NCBI GenBank assembly: GCA_963751345.1
Contig: CAVVUS010000011.1
Location: 32,001-96,000, forward strand
Source: an uncultured Chloroflexia bacterium
GTDB taxonomy: Bacteria > Chloroflexota > Anaerolineae > B4-G1 > SLSP01
DNA length: 64,000 nucleotides
Reading direction: 5' to 3'
This document shows, piece by piece, positions 11,370 through 22,458 of this stretch. Numbering within the stretch: position 1 is the stretch's first letter; every line of letters begins with the position of its first letter. The notes beneath the pieces were generated by a model, which was given only the letters and a program-made list of their open reading frames with translations, did no database searches and was not told where the DNA came from. A program made the position numbers and the translations under genes.

Positions 11370-12034
11370 GACCACCGCTCACGCAGCCTCATCCCGGCCA
11401 GTTGCGCCATCAGATCCAGTTCCGCAGGCCAGACGTAGCGAAATGGTATGGACATGTGCTCCCACCTGCCATCAATGATCTCGAAGTGATGCGAAATCAG
11501 GCCCTGCTCCGCGATATCGTATTCATCAAACCCCAATCGGGTCTCGCTGAGTCTGAAAGGACGAACCCGCTCACCTGGCGGCAGGCGCTGCAGGTCTGGC
11601 AGAAGGACCTCAATCACAAAGCATCCGCCTGGAACCAGGTGCGCTGCGGCGTTGCGGAAGCATGCGACCTGCGCCGCCTGCGTCGTCAGGTTCATGATCG
11701 TATTGAAGACCAAGTATGCGACAGAGAACGCCCCACCGGCGCTCGCCGTCGAGAAATCGCCTATCGTGATGCCGATGCTCTCGCTGCCGGGCTTCTCGCG
11801 TAGGCGTGCCACCATCGCTTCCGACATATCGATGCCATGGACAGACACGCCGCGCTGTGCAAGCGGTAAAGCGATCCGTCCCGTGCCGATACCAAACTCC
11901 AGCGCACGCCCTTGCCCAGCGAGTGCCGCAAGGAAATCCACGGTCGGGATGACCACGGCGGGGTCGAACATCTCCGCTGAGGATTCGTCGTATCGAGCAG
12001 CCACACGTTCATCGAAATACCCGTCATCGTTCAT
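11370..12034 (-). CDS. Class I SAM-dependent methyltransferase, 3' end replaced
   Basis: ALEFGIGTGR motif I; after RERWS the frame runs through the IS-like end into the MBL fragment. Confidence 0.85.
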
Positions 12035-12036
12035 TT

Positions 12037-12073
12037 TGAGCCTCCCCTGAAAATGTGGACGGTCAACTGAAAG
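12037..12073 (+). mobile_element. IS3-family-like terminal inverted repeat remnant, copy 2
   Basis: TGAGCCTCCCCTGAAAATGTGGACGGTCAACTGAAAG; same orientation as copy 1; no transposase follows. Confidence 0.65.
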
Positions 12074-12212
12074 AATGATACATCAGGGAGACTCTCTTGG
12101 ACATCAAAGCCTCCGGAGAATTGCCCTCTCCCCCTTCCGGTGTATCATCCGGCGAGTTTGTCGTGTGCGCCAACCCATCATCTGATACCTGTGATAGACC
12201 GGAGGATACTCA

Positions 12213-12623
12213 ATGTCCAGCGAGAGCAAAAACACAATCGTCAAGACCTGTGGATTACACCACGTGACCATTCAAACGCGGGATTGGGAAGCGTCCCTGC
12301 ACCTGTATAAGGAAGTCCTGGGTATGCAGGTTGCCGCGGAGTTTGGTCCAGAAGAGCGCCGCATGATGCTGCTTGATGTGGGCGATGGCAGCCACATCGA
12401 GTTGATCGCCCCAACGGGGGATAACTCGGCCGTGGGCAGCGATCTGCTGACCCATTTCGCTCTCGCCACAGCCGACGTCGCTGCGTCCATCGAGCCCGTC
12501 CGTGAGGCGGGGTATGAAGTGACGATGGAAGTGAAAGACGTCACGCTGGGCGACATGGAGGCGACGGTGGCTTTCTTCAAGGGCCCGAACGGCGAGTTGG
12601 TCGAGTTCTTCAAGACGCGGTAG
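12213..12623 (+). CDS. VOC/glyoxalase family protein
   Basis: GLHHVTI, HIELI, THFAL and FFKGPNGELVEF; GGAGG RBS. Confidence 0.9.
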   Translation: MSSESKNTIVKTCGLHHVTIQTRDWEASLHLYKEVLGMQVAAEFGPEERRMMLLDVGDGSHIELIAPTGDNSAVGSDLLTHFALATADVAASIEPVREAGYEVTMEVKDVTLGDMEATVAFFKGPNGELVEFFKTR

Positions 12624-12689
12624 CGAGCGTCCAGCGGTTCCGGCTTGTACGACGTGGCTGGGCCGTTCTGCCGCAACCTGAGGTGTTCG

Positions 12690-12717
12690 CGAGCCATCCG
12701 ATATAGCGGATGGCTCG
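12690..12717. terminator. Hairpin between convergent genes
   Basis: CGAGCCATCCG-atatag-CGGATGGCTCG, 11-bp perfect stem. Confidence 0.65.
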
Positions 12718-12883
12718 TCTGTATTATTTACCAGGCCATGTGCTGGTGGTCAGTCAAATCGAGGTTTCCGTCCTGGTCAGTGTCTTGGTGAACCATCGAG
12801 CAGGTGTAACTTTCATGCAGGCGCAGGGCGTAAGGTGACGTGGCTCAAAGACACCGAGGGCTTTCGCGGCTTGTTCAGATGGG

Positions 12884-13700
12884 TTATTCGGCGGCCCGGA
12901 GGCCCAGGATGATTCGGACGATCTCGGCGAAACCTTCGCCGCCTTCCTTGCTCGCGACGTAGGCAGGGAGGTGGGTCATGCGCCCGGAGAAGTTGAGGAC
13001 GTTCTTCACGCCGGCAGCGTGAGGGAAATACGCGAACATGGGTTCGTCGTTGGGGGAATCCCCGCAGAAGATGAAGCGGTCCTTGCAGTCATCCAGCTCG
13101 AGGCCCCATAGCTCCAACGCAAGGAGCTTCGTCATGCCCAGCTTGTTGTAGTTGCCAAACCAGCCATTGACGTGGACCGACGACACCTTGCAGGTGGCGC
13201 CGTGTTCGTGAAAGATGTCGCAGATGCTTTGTACCTCGTCCCAGGGCAGGGGGGGCACGTCCTCACAGTAGTCGATGGCCAGGTCGGTCTCTCTGTAGGG
13301 CTGGTCGCTGGCGAGAGCCGTGCCCGGAACAGAAGTCAGGATCTCTTCTCCCACCGCGCTCAGGCGACGGCGCTTCTCCTCCCGCACAGGATCGGGGTCC
13401 ATGAATCGCCGCTTTGACCCTCTTCTCCTGCCGGTCGTACCAGAAATAGAGAGCGCCGTTCTCGCCCACGACCCCATCCACCGGCCACATACGCGCGATG
13501 TGATCGCACCATCCGGCGGGCCGCCCGGTGATCGGCACGACGCGCAGCCCCGCATCCTTGAGAGACCAGAGGGCCTGAAACGCCTCGGGTGGTATCTTTC
13601 CGTGCGTCGTGAAGGTGTCGTCAATGTCGAAGAAGACGCCCAGCAGGTCTCCGGCGATCTCCGGGGGGAAGTCTCGTATCGGCGTCATCGTGGTTTCCAT
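12884..13700 (-). CDS. HAD-IIB family hydrolase (frameshift near 13415)
   Basis: FFDIDDTFT motif I, ITGRPAGW and GDSPNDEPMF motif IV across two ORFs. Confidence 0.88.
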
Positions 13701-13824
13701 TCACTCATAGGGTAGATTGTACTGCCCGATACCCCGGACTTCAAGCCGGCCGGTTTGTCACCTCGAACGCCGGCCCCAAAGTGGACCGCTTTCTGATGTA
13801 TACTGTCCGGAGCGAGGAGGGCAT

Positions 13825-16800
13825 ATGTCGACTGAACAACACATCATTGATCCTCATGATTTCTCAACAGAGACCGGTACGCTGAGGCCCGGTGAATCCG
13901 ATTTCCGCAGCGAGATCTGTCTCAACGGGAGATGGGATTTTCAGCCGGTCGAGCTGCCCGACGGCTTCAAGGCGGGCGAGTCCATTCCCGAGTTGCCTCT
14001 GCCACAGCCGGACAAATGGGACAGCGTGAAGCTGAAGGTGCCGTCCCCTTGGAATATCAACGGCTTCGTGGACCAAGACGGCATTCCGGGCGGGGACTTC
14101 AACTGCTACCCCAGCTATCCCGAAAGCTGGAAGCATGTCAAGATGGGCTGGCTGAGACGCTCACTGCGGGTGCCGGAGGGCTGGGAGGGGCAAAGCATCC
14201 TGCTGCACTTCGAGGCCGTGTGCGGATACTGCCAGGTAACCATCGATGGGCGCAAAGTCGGCGAGCATTTCGATAACAGCATGCCGAAGTCATACGCGAT
14301 TGACGATTTCGTCACGCCGGGGAAAGACCACGAGTTATGCGTGGGTATCCGCGCGCCCGAGCTTATGAACGTCAACCATGGTCCCACCAAGTATACGTAC
14401 CCGACCGGGTCCTTCTTCAACATGAACACCGCGGGTATCTGGCAGGATGTGACGTTGCTGGCTGTTCCAAAGGTGCGCCTCAAGGACGTCTATGTACAAC
14501 CTGACGTCTCGGCCGACCGGCTGAGGATCCAGGTGACCGTTGAAAATCGAAGCGGCCAGACTGCCAGTGCTGGCCGTCAACGGCGTGGTGAGGGCGCTGA
14601 AGCCCTTCTCAATGCCGGACGACGGCATCCGGATTGTCCCTCACTATGACCTGGAGGATGACTCTGTCGTTGACCTACCCGGAGGACAGATCACGGTTGA
14701 AGCGGATGCGGAAGCCGTCCTGACCCTGGAGGCGGAGGTCGCCGGGAAGCTCCTCGAGATGGGACACGGACGCCCCCAACCTCTATGCGAGTCTCGTCAC
14801 CTTGGAGGTGGACGGGAAGGCCATCGACCGGAAGTACGCGCGCTTCGGCTGGCGGGAGTTCAAGATCAAGGGCGAGGACTTCTACCTGAATGACCGGAAG
14901 ATCCGGATCAAGGGTGATTCGTGGCACTTCATGGGCATTCCGCAGCTCACGCGGCGGTACGCCTATGCGTGGTACCGGGCACTGAAGGACGCCGGTGGCA
15001 ATGGGGTCCGTCTCCACGCGATGCCGTATCCCACCTTCTACCTGGAGGTGGCAGACGAGATGGGTGTCTGCGTCCTGGATGAGAGCGCGATATGGGCAAG
15101 CCATTGTGCTTTCAACTATGATGAACCCGTCACCTGGGAGCGTTTCTACGCTCACGTGACCAGCCTGGTCCTGCGGGATCGCAATCATCCCTCGGTGATG
15201 GGCTGGAGTGTTGAGAATGAGATACGGATGGCTCTTGCTCGCTATTCCCCGACCGAAGAGACTCTGAACAGTGATGCAGGAGAAGGTCGGCAAGATGCTG
15301 GACATCGTCCGGGAGCTCGATCCCACCCGGGACTGGATCAGCGCAGACGGCTCGCTCGATTGGTTCGGGCGATTCCCAACCTGTATGATCCACTATGCAC
15401 CCGAAGGAGATGTACCAGTACGCAAGGGATGAGGCCGGCAAACCTGTGGGGGTAGGGGAGGGGACGATTGCGTATTTCGGCACGCCGGTCCACGCCTCAG
15501 CGTTTGCCGGTGATCTGGCTTTCCACAGTATCGAAGATCGGATGAAAGGGGTTGCGGTCGAAGCCTATGGCGATCTGAAGGCCCAGCTCCTGGCAGACTT
15601 CAGCTACCTGAGTGTCTTCAACCTGGCCTGGTACGGCCTCAAGCCCCTGCCGCTCGGCCACGCGAATCAGGAGCATGCGCCAACGGTTGACAACGGTATT
15701 CGTGTTTGGTCCCTATCAGGAGGGAAAGCCGGGCGTGCAGCCCGAACGGTTGGGCCCCTACTGCAGCACCTTCAATCCGGGATACGATCCCGCCCTGCCG
15801 CTCTATGCCACGTGGCCGCTGTACGATGCGATCAAGGCGGTCTTTTCGCCGGGCGGTCCCTTGCCATCACCCTATGAAGAAGTGATGGCGTCGCCACCGA
15901 GGAAGCCCCTGCCGCAGGTCGACAAGCCCGAACCTGTGGCGTTCTTGGGTGACCCCAACAGCGTCATCTATCAGGGCCTGGAGGCTTCCGGCATCAGATT
16001 CAGTGAGCGACGCAGCCGGCACCTTTGTCTTTGCCGATCTGGCCTCCATGTCTCCGGAGCAGGAGGAGGCTTTGAAAACCAGGATGGAGGAGCTGAAATC
16101 GAGCGGCGGCACAGTTGTGTTGTCCGGATTGACCCCTGCCTCTGAGCCACTGTTGGAGGACCTTGTTGGTGAGAGGGTCGGGATATTCGCGCGGGAAGCC
16201 TCCTCCTTGGTCTTTGCCGGGGAGTACGCCGACACGGATCCTATCGTCGATCACTTCCGCCTGCAGGAACTCTATTTCTCCGAGGCGGAGGACTACGTCA
16301 TCCAGCGCTACGGCATTCGTAGCGATGACGCTCAAAGCGCAAAGGCGCTCCTCAAGGCATGTAGCTGCGATTGGCGGATGTGGAACCGCCGCGGTGAAGC
16401 CTCGAAGACCGGGGCTCTCTACCGGAGCGAGAAGGAGTTGCCGGAGGCCAATGCCTTGGTCCAACTCCACGTCGGCAGCGCCAGGCTGCTGCTCTGCACG
16501 ATAGAAATGACGGGAGATCCTTCAGCTCCAAAACTGCGGCTCTCATCGGCCAGAAAGTCTCTGTGGAACAGGCTCCTGAAGGCTGCCGGTGCTGAGGTCA
16601 GTGACGATTTCGGCAAAGAAGCCCACGCCCTGGAAGGGGACAGCATCGTCCGGGTTCTGGCCGCGGGTTTCCTGGGAGGGCACAGCAGTGAGCATCTGCT
16701 GGATCACGACCTTCTGGGCGGGGAAAGCCAAGTCGCGCCCGCGCAAGGCGACGCGATCATTCGAGGTGATTTCACGACCCATTGGCAGGTCGAGCGCGCC

Positions 16801-17175
16801 GACTCCGACGGGTTCCACTTCGGGGAGATGGCGTTCAACGGACCTAAGGAGAACTCAGCCGGCTATATGAGTTTCTATCTGAACAGCCCCCGTCGGATCG
16901 ACGATCTGCTGAGCGAGCCCAACGTCCCCGAACTCTATCTGAATCTGGAGACGGCTTGCGCTGTCCGCGTATGGTTGAACGGCGAGGAGATTCTCACACA
17001 AGCGGCGGCTTCGGCGGACCCGGTCGACATCCGGGCGCGTCTGCTCTTGGGACAGGGGAGCAACCACCTCCTGATCAAGGTCGTGAATACAAACACGGAT
17101 TACGTGGTCAGGGCAACCCTGTCGTCGTCACACAAGGATTACATCGACAGCCTCGATAGCTCCGTCGAGCGATAG
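13825..17175 (+). CDS. GH2 glycoside hydrolase (about 6 frameshifts)
   Basis: LNGRWDF, LHFEAV, GIWQDV, FGWREF, ADEMG and RDRNHPSVMGWSVENE in successive ORFs; GAGGAGG RBS. Confidence 0.85.
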
Positions 17176-17202
17176 AGGTGCTACTCAGCGAGGAAAGAAA
17201 CA

Positions 17203-17231
17203 GCCGCCCCTCAACAATGTTGAGGGGCGGC
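17203..17231. terminator. Hairpin between convergent GH2 and EF-G genes
   Basis: GCCGCCCCTCAACA-a-TGTTGAGGGGCGGC. Confidence 0.7.
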
Positions 17232-17259
17232 CGGCAATGCTCCTGATGTCTGGGACCTG

Positions 17260-19362
17260 CTACCGCATGCGCTGCACCCGCTCGCGGCGGGCCTCGATGA
17301 TCTCCGCCGCCCGGTCCTCGGGCACCGGCGCATAGTGCGCGAAGGCCATCGTGAATTGTCCGCGCCCGCTGGTCAGGGAGCGCAGCGCCGTCACGTAGCC
17401 GAACATCCGACTCAGCGGCACGGTGGCCTCGATCTCGTACCCCGCCGCCTCCACCACTAACTGCATCTGCGACACGCGCCCGCCCCGCGCAGAGACGTCG
17501 GCGACGGCGGGGCCCACGTAGGCCTCCGGCACCCGCGTCGTGACCGCCATCACGGGCTCCAACAGGATGGGGCGGGCACGCTGGTACGCGCGCTTGAACG
17601 CCATACTGGCCGCGATCTCGAAGTCGCGGCTGTGGGAGTCCACCTCGTGGACTCGCCCGCCGGTCAGGACGACCTGGACGTCGACCACGGGGTAGGCGGC
17701 CAGCGGTCCCTCCTCCATCGCGCCCTGGATGCCGCGCTCGATGGCGCGCTCGAACGCCGGGGGAATCTCCAGGGGCGGCGCGCGGTTCTCGAGAACAAAG
17801 CCCGATCCGCGCTCGCCGGGGACGAGGGCCAACCGCACCACGGCGTAGTGGCCCGAGCCGCCGGTCTGGTGGATGTAGCGGCCCTCCGCGCGGGCGCGCC
17901 GGGTTGCCGTCTCCTGGTAGGCGGCCTGGGGCGGCGCCATCGCGCACGGCACCTTGAACTCGCGCTGCACCCGATCCGCGAGAATCTCCAGGTGCAGCTC
18001 GCCCATCCCGCTGATGACGGTTTGATCTGTCTCGTCGGTCGAACCCCACGGTGAAGGTGGGGTCCTCAGCCGCCAGGTCCTGCAGCGCCCTCATCAGGCG
18101 TTCCTCGTCCATCGGGTCCTGGGGCGTGATGGCCGCCCTGATCACGGGCTTGGGGAACTCGATGGACTCCAGCAGCACCGGGTGCTCGGTGTCGCAGAGT
18201 GTGTCGCCGGTGGCGCTCTCCTTGAGGCCGATCACGCCGACGATGTCGCCCGCGACACAGCGGTCGATGTCCTCGCGCTTGGCGGCGTACATCCGCAGCA
18301 GGCGCCCGATCCGCTGTCCACTCTGCCGGGTGGCGTTGACCACCTGCGTCCCTTTCTCCAGCAGGCCCGAGTAGACCCGCACGTAGCTGAGCCGCCCCAC
18401 GAACGGGATCGCTCACGACCTTGAAGACCAACCCGCAGAAGGGCGCGTCGGGATCGGCGGGGCGCAGCTCCGCGTCCCCGGTCTCGGGGTGGGTGCCCTC
18501 CACCGGGGGGACGTCCGCTGGGCTGGGGAGGTAGCGCACAACCGCGTCCAGCAGCGGCTGCACGCCCTTGTTGTACAACGCGCTGCCGACCAGCACCGGC
18601 ACCAGGGCGTTCGCGATGACGGCGCGGCGCAGGGCGGCGTAGAGCTCGGTCTCGGAAATGGGTTCGTTTCGCAAATAGCGCAGCGTCAGCGCGTCGTCGG
18701 TCTCGGCGATGCGCTCGACCAACTCCCTGCGGGCCTCCTCGACCCCGGCCACGTGGTCGGGGATCTCGCCCTCGGTGGGCGGGGCGCCGGCCTCCCCGGA
18801 GAAGAAGAGCGGCCCGCATCCGGAACAGATCCACGACGCCCACAAAGGCCTCGCCCTCAAAGATCGGTACCTGGACAGGCAGCGGCACCGACGACAGACG
18901 CTCGCGCATCATCGCCAGGGTGCGCGCGAAGTTGGCGCCCGCGCGATCCATCTTGTTGACAAAGCAGATGCGGGGGACGTGATAGCGATCGGCCTGGTGC
19001 CACACCGTCTCGGACTGCGGCTCGACCCCCGCGACCCCGTCGAAGACCACGACGCCGCCGTCGAGGACCCGCAGGCTGCGCTGCACCTCGGCGGTGAAGT
19101 CGATGTGGCCCGGCGTGTCGATGAGGTTGATCTGGGCGTCCTGACCCGTCACGGTGTCTTTCCAGGCCGTGGTGACGGCCGCCGCCGTGATGGTGATGCC
19201 GCGCTCGCGCTCCTGCGCCATCCAGTCGGTGATGGTCGTGCCGTCGTCGACGGAGCCCACGCGGTGCGTGCGCCCCGTGGTGTAGAGCACGCGCTCGGTC
19301 AGCGTGGTCTTGCCCGCGTCGATGTGCGCAATGATGCCGATGTTGCGGATCATGCGAATCAT
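17260..19362 (-). CDS. fusA: Elongation factor G paralogue (frameshifts near 18830, 18400 and 18040)
   Basis: [54 protein letters not shown] and LRSLTSGRG; ~700 codons. Confidence 0.92.
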
Positions 19363-19477
19363 CTGATTCGTGCGAAGCGAAGGGTTGGGTTTGCTCACAG
19401 TCACTATGGTACCCGCAATCGTGATCGTAGACAAAGGACCAACCAAGAATGGAAGGTTCCTCATGTTTGGCGAAAGA

Positions 19478-19506
19478 TTGCCCCCCTAGGGCAGCAGGCC
19501 TATAAT
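19478..19506 (+). promoter_or_regulatory. Sigma70-type promoter
   Basis: TTGCCC-N17-TATAAT. Confidence 0.6.
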
Positions 19507-19673
19507 CGGTGCACTTCGCGCCTATTCGTCACTCACCCGAGTCCTGTTCCCTCTTCCACACCGACGATCGGGACCGTCGGATTGAGGCTGACGTCATAGC
19601 CTGGGAGGATCGCTGCGACCCGCAGCCAATGAATTGAGCTTGCTTGTCCTCAGTGCACAGGGAGAGAAACCAC

Positions 19674-20483
19674 GTGAGTCAACAGCAGATTGACGACACT
19701 TACGATCTGGTGGCAGCCGCGTTTGACCGGGTTGAGCCGCGGTTCTTCTCCTACTCAGGGCGCCGCTTGGTCGAATTGGCTCGGGTTCCGAGCGAGGCAA
19801 GTGTCTTGGACGTTGGCGCAGGCCGGGGAGCCGTCCTCCTTCCGGCATCTGAACGGGTGGGGCGGCGAGGGCGAGCCATCGGCGTGGATAGATCTGTTGG
19901 GATGGTGCTTGAGGCTGCGAAGGACGTCAGGCGAGAGGGTATGGGATGGGCAAGACTATGTCAGATGGATGCGGGGTGGTTGGGTTTTGCGGATAGCTCA
20001 TTTGACTACGTGTTCTGTGGACACGCAATCTTCCACTTTCCTGAGGCCGCACGCGAGTTTCACCGGGTCCTGCGGCCCGGAGGTCAGGTGGGGGTGACAA
20101 TCGTGGCCCAGGGGTGTCTTGACTGGATCTTTGAGCTGCTTGGTCACCACTTGCCTGGGGAAGGGCCTGAGGAAGACGAGGTGGATGACGTGGAGAATAT
20201 GCCCATCACGACGCCAGGTGGGCTATCAGAGGTCTTGAGTGGGGCAGGTTTCGAGGGCACTCGGGTGGTTGAAGAAGAGACGGATTTCGTCTATGCGGGC
20301 GAGGCGGCGTGGTGGTCGGTAGTGAGGACGATGGGGGTACGTAGAGTCCTTGAGATGATGGATGCCAGGACGGTGGAACGTTTCAGGGCAGAGCTAGATG
20401 ACTACCTGCAGGCGTTCAAGCGGCCCGACGGCGTACACATTTCGTATCGTGTGCTGTATGCTCTAGCCGGCAAAGCGGGATAA
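19674..20483 (+). CDS. Class I SAM-dependent methyltransferase (UbiE-like)
   Basis: VLDVGAGRG, FADSSFDYV and RVLRPGG. Confidence 0.88.
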   Translation: MSQQQIDDTYDLVAAAFDRVEPRFFSYSGRRLVELARVPSEASVLDVGAGRGAVLLPASERVGRRGRAIGVDRSVGMVLEAAKDVRREGMGWARLCQMDAGWLGFADSSFDYVFCGHAIFHFPEAAREFHRVLRPGGQVGVTIVAQGCLDWIFELLGHHLPGEGPEEDEVDDVENMPITTPGGLSEVLSGAGFEGTRVVEEETDFVYAGEAAWWSVVRTMGVRRVLEMMDARTVERFRAELDDYLQAFKRPDGVHISYRVLYALAGKAG

Positions 20484-20532
20484 GTGATTGGGAGCGAGTT
20501 CTGCGAGCGTGTGGTACGAATAGGTGAAATCG

Positions 20533-21458
20533 ATGCCCATATCAGAAAGCAATGGGGTGGCCTTCTTTGACGTAACCGTCGTCGGCAATGTTGGCATCGA
20601 CACCAACGTCTACCTCTACGGCAATGACATCGACTTCAACGTCGAGGCCAACTTCAGCGAGAATCTCGACTACGTGGGTCAGGCGGGCGGGTACACGAGC
20701 CGCGGTTACGTCCGCCTCGGCAAGCGGACGGCCTTCATCGGCACCGTCGGTGATGACTACAGCGGGCGATACATTCGCGAGGTGTTCGCGCACGACGGCG
20801 TCGACACGACCGCGCTCTTCGTGGACCCGGCGGGGACCAGCCGCAGCATCAACTTCATGTACCGTGATGGGCGGCGCAAGAACTTCTACGACGGCAAGGG
20901 GCACATGCACCTCGAACCCGACCTGGAGACCTGCCGAGCTGTGCTCGCGGCATCGAAGATGGTCCACGTTCACATCCCCAACTGGGCGCGTTACCTGCTC
21001 CCCATCGCCAGGGATCTCGGACTGCCCATCGCCTGCGATATCCAGGACGTCGTCTCACCCGACGACGACTACCGCCGTGACTTCGTCGAGTACGCCGACG
21101 TGCTCTTCTTCTCGGCGGTCAACTACGCCGACCCGACGCCGCTGATCGAGACCTACCTGCGCTCGAAGCCCGAGCCGGATCGTGGTGGTGGGGATGGGCG
21201 CCAGGGGATGTGCCCTCGGCACGCGCGAGGCGATCGAGTTCTTTCCGCCGGTTGAGATGGAGGCCCCCGTGATCGATACCAACGGCGCCGGCGACGCGTT
21301 GGCGGTCGGCTTTCTGTCCAGCTACGTGCTCGATGGCTATCTCGCTGCGTGATTCGGTGCTCCGCGGCCAGATCGCGGCGCGCTATGCGTGCACGCAGCG
21401 GGCCACCTCGTCGAGTTCCATAACGCCGGAGCAGCTCGAGCGATATAGCCGTCAGTAG
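20533..21458 (+). CDS. PfkB family carbohydrate kinase (frameshifts near 21175 and 21340)
   Basis: VVGNVGID, FIGTVGDD, and DTNGAGDA in the shifted frame. Confidence 0.88.
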
Positions 21459-21503
21459 TAGCAGAGAGTGTTACTGCCTGTCGGTCACGACCAAATGCAG
21501 CGC

Positions 21504-22337
21504 TCAGTATCCGAAAACAAACCGGGCGAAATCGATGAACCAGTGGAAGGCCACGGCCGACTCGAAGCTTCGCTTGACCTGCAGCAGCGCCATGGGTAGG
21601 CCGAAGAGGAGGGACGTGGCGACCAGCATGACGATCCCCATCGCCGGATTCTGCAGGAAGAGATCGGGGAGGTGGAGCAGGCTGTGAGGGACGACGGCCA
21701 GGGCAATCGCCGTGGCCCAGACCCATCGCCGGTGCGGGCTGTCCTTCAGAAGCGCAAGACAGATCGCCAGTATAAAATAGCGGTAGACGGCCTCCTCGTG
21801 GATGCCGGGGCTGAGCGCCTCGAATGCGCTCGGGAGAACGTTCTGGAACTGGGGGCCGCCGTTCTGGAGGTAGAAGTACACGTTGTTGACCACCGCCAGG
21901 GGAAGGGCGAAGAGGATGCCGATCCCCAGACTTCGCACAAGCCCGCCTTGAAATGCACGGACCCCGTCGTCGTCCAGTCCTGCGAACAGGATGGTGCCGG
22001 CTACAAACGTGAGCCAGACGGCGACGCCTTCTACCATGCCATCGGAGAGGCTGGGCGCGTGCGCCCAACGGCTCGCGCCGCTGAGCAGGCCCAGCCCGGC
22101 CCCGATGAGGGCCGGCCTGAGGCGGATCGACCGCCACCGGAAGGCCAGGACCGCCAGCGCCCCGGCCGCCAGAGACCACTCGGCCCAGTCCCAGATGCGC
22201 GTGGTGTAGGAGCCGCGGTTGAGGGGGAGCAGGAAGTTCAGGACGTAGAGCCCGGCAAAGCCAAGCGCCAGCAAGCCGACGTAGAGCCAGCCCGACGTTC
22301 GGCGCGGGACTGCAAGGGTTCTCGTTCTCGCATTCAT
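21504..22337 (-). CDS. CPBP (CAAX/Abi) intramembrane metalloprotease
   Basis: Multi-TM; PGIHEEAVYR, HSLLH and FHWFID. Confidence 0.85.
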   Translation of the reverse strand: MNARTRTLAVPRRTSGWLYVGLLALGFAGLYVLNFLLPLNRGSYTTRIWDWAEWSLAAGALAVLAFRWRSIRLRPALIGAGLGLLSGASRWAHAPSLSDGMVEGVAVWLTFVAGTILFAGLDDDGVRAFQGGLVRSLGIGILFALPLAVVNNVYFYLQNGGPQFQNVLPSAFEALSPGIHEEAVYRYFILAICLALLKDSPHRRWVWATAIALAVVPHSLLHLPDLFLQNPAMGIVMLVATSLLFGLPMALLQVKRSFESAVAFHWFIDFARFVFGY

Positions 22338-22356
22338 CTCTGGGTCTCTGACTCGT

Positions 22357-22458
22357 TCATCTCAATGTGGCGCATCCGTCACTTATCGACGGCGTGGTGT
22401 CCTCGGGAAGGCTGCCCTTCATGCCCTCTCGGAGCGGACCCATCACGAGCGTGAGCTC
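22357..22458 (-). pseudogene. Orphan 3' tail of a second GH92 allele
   Basis: ELTLVMGPLREGMKGSLPEDTTPSISD...stop; 22378..22458 is 59/81 identical (ungapped) to 24601..24681. Confidence 0.8.

Noticed and set aside
12728-12810. Minus-strand DTDQDGNLD Ca-binding-like peptide
   Set aside because: Too short and lacks a start; cannot be told from chance
13755-13795. Possible further IS end (GCCCCAAAGTGGACCG) upstream of GH2
   Set aside because: Only a short core resembles the 37-bp repeats, there is no terminal TG at the right spacing, and it overlaps the probable promoter
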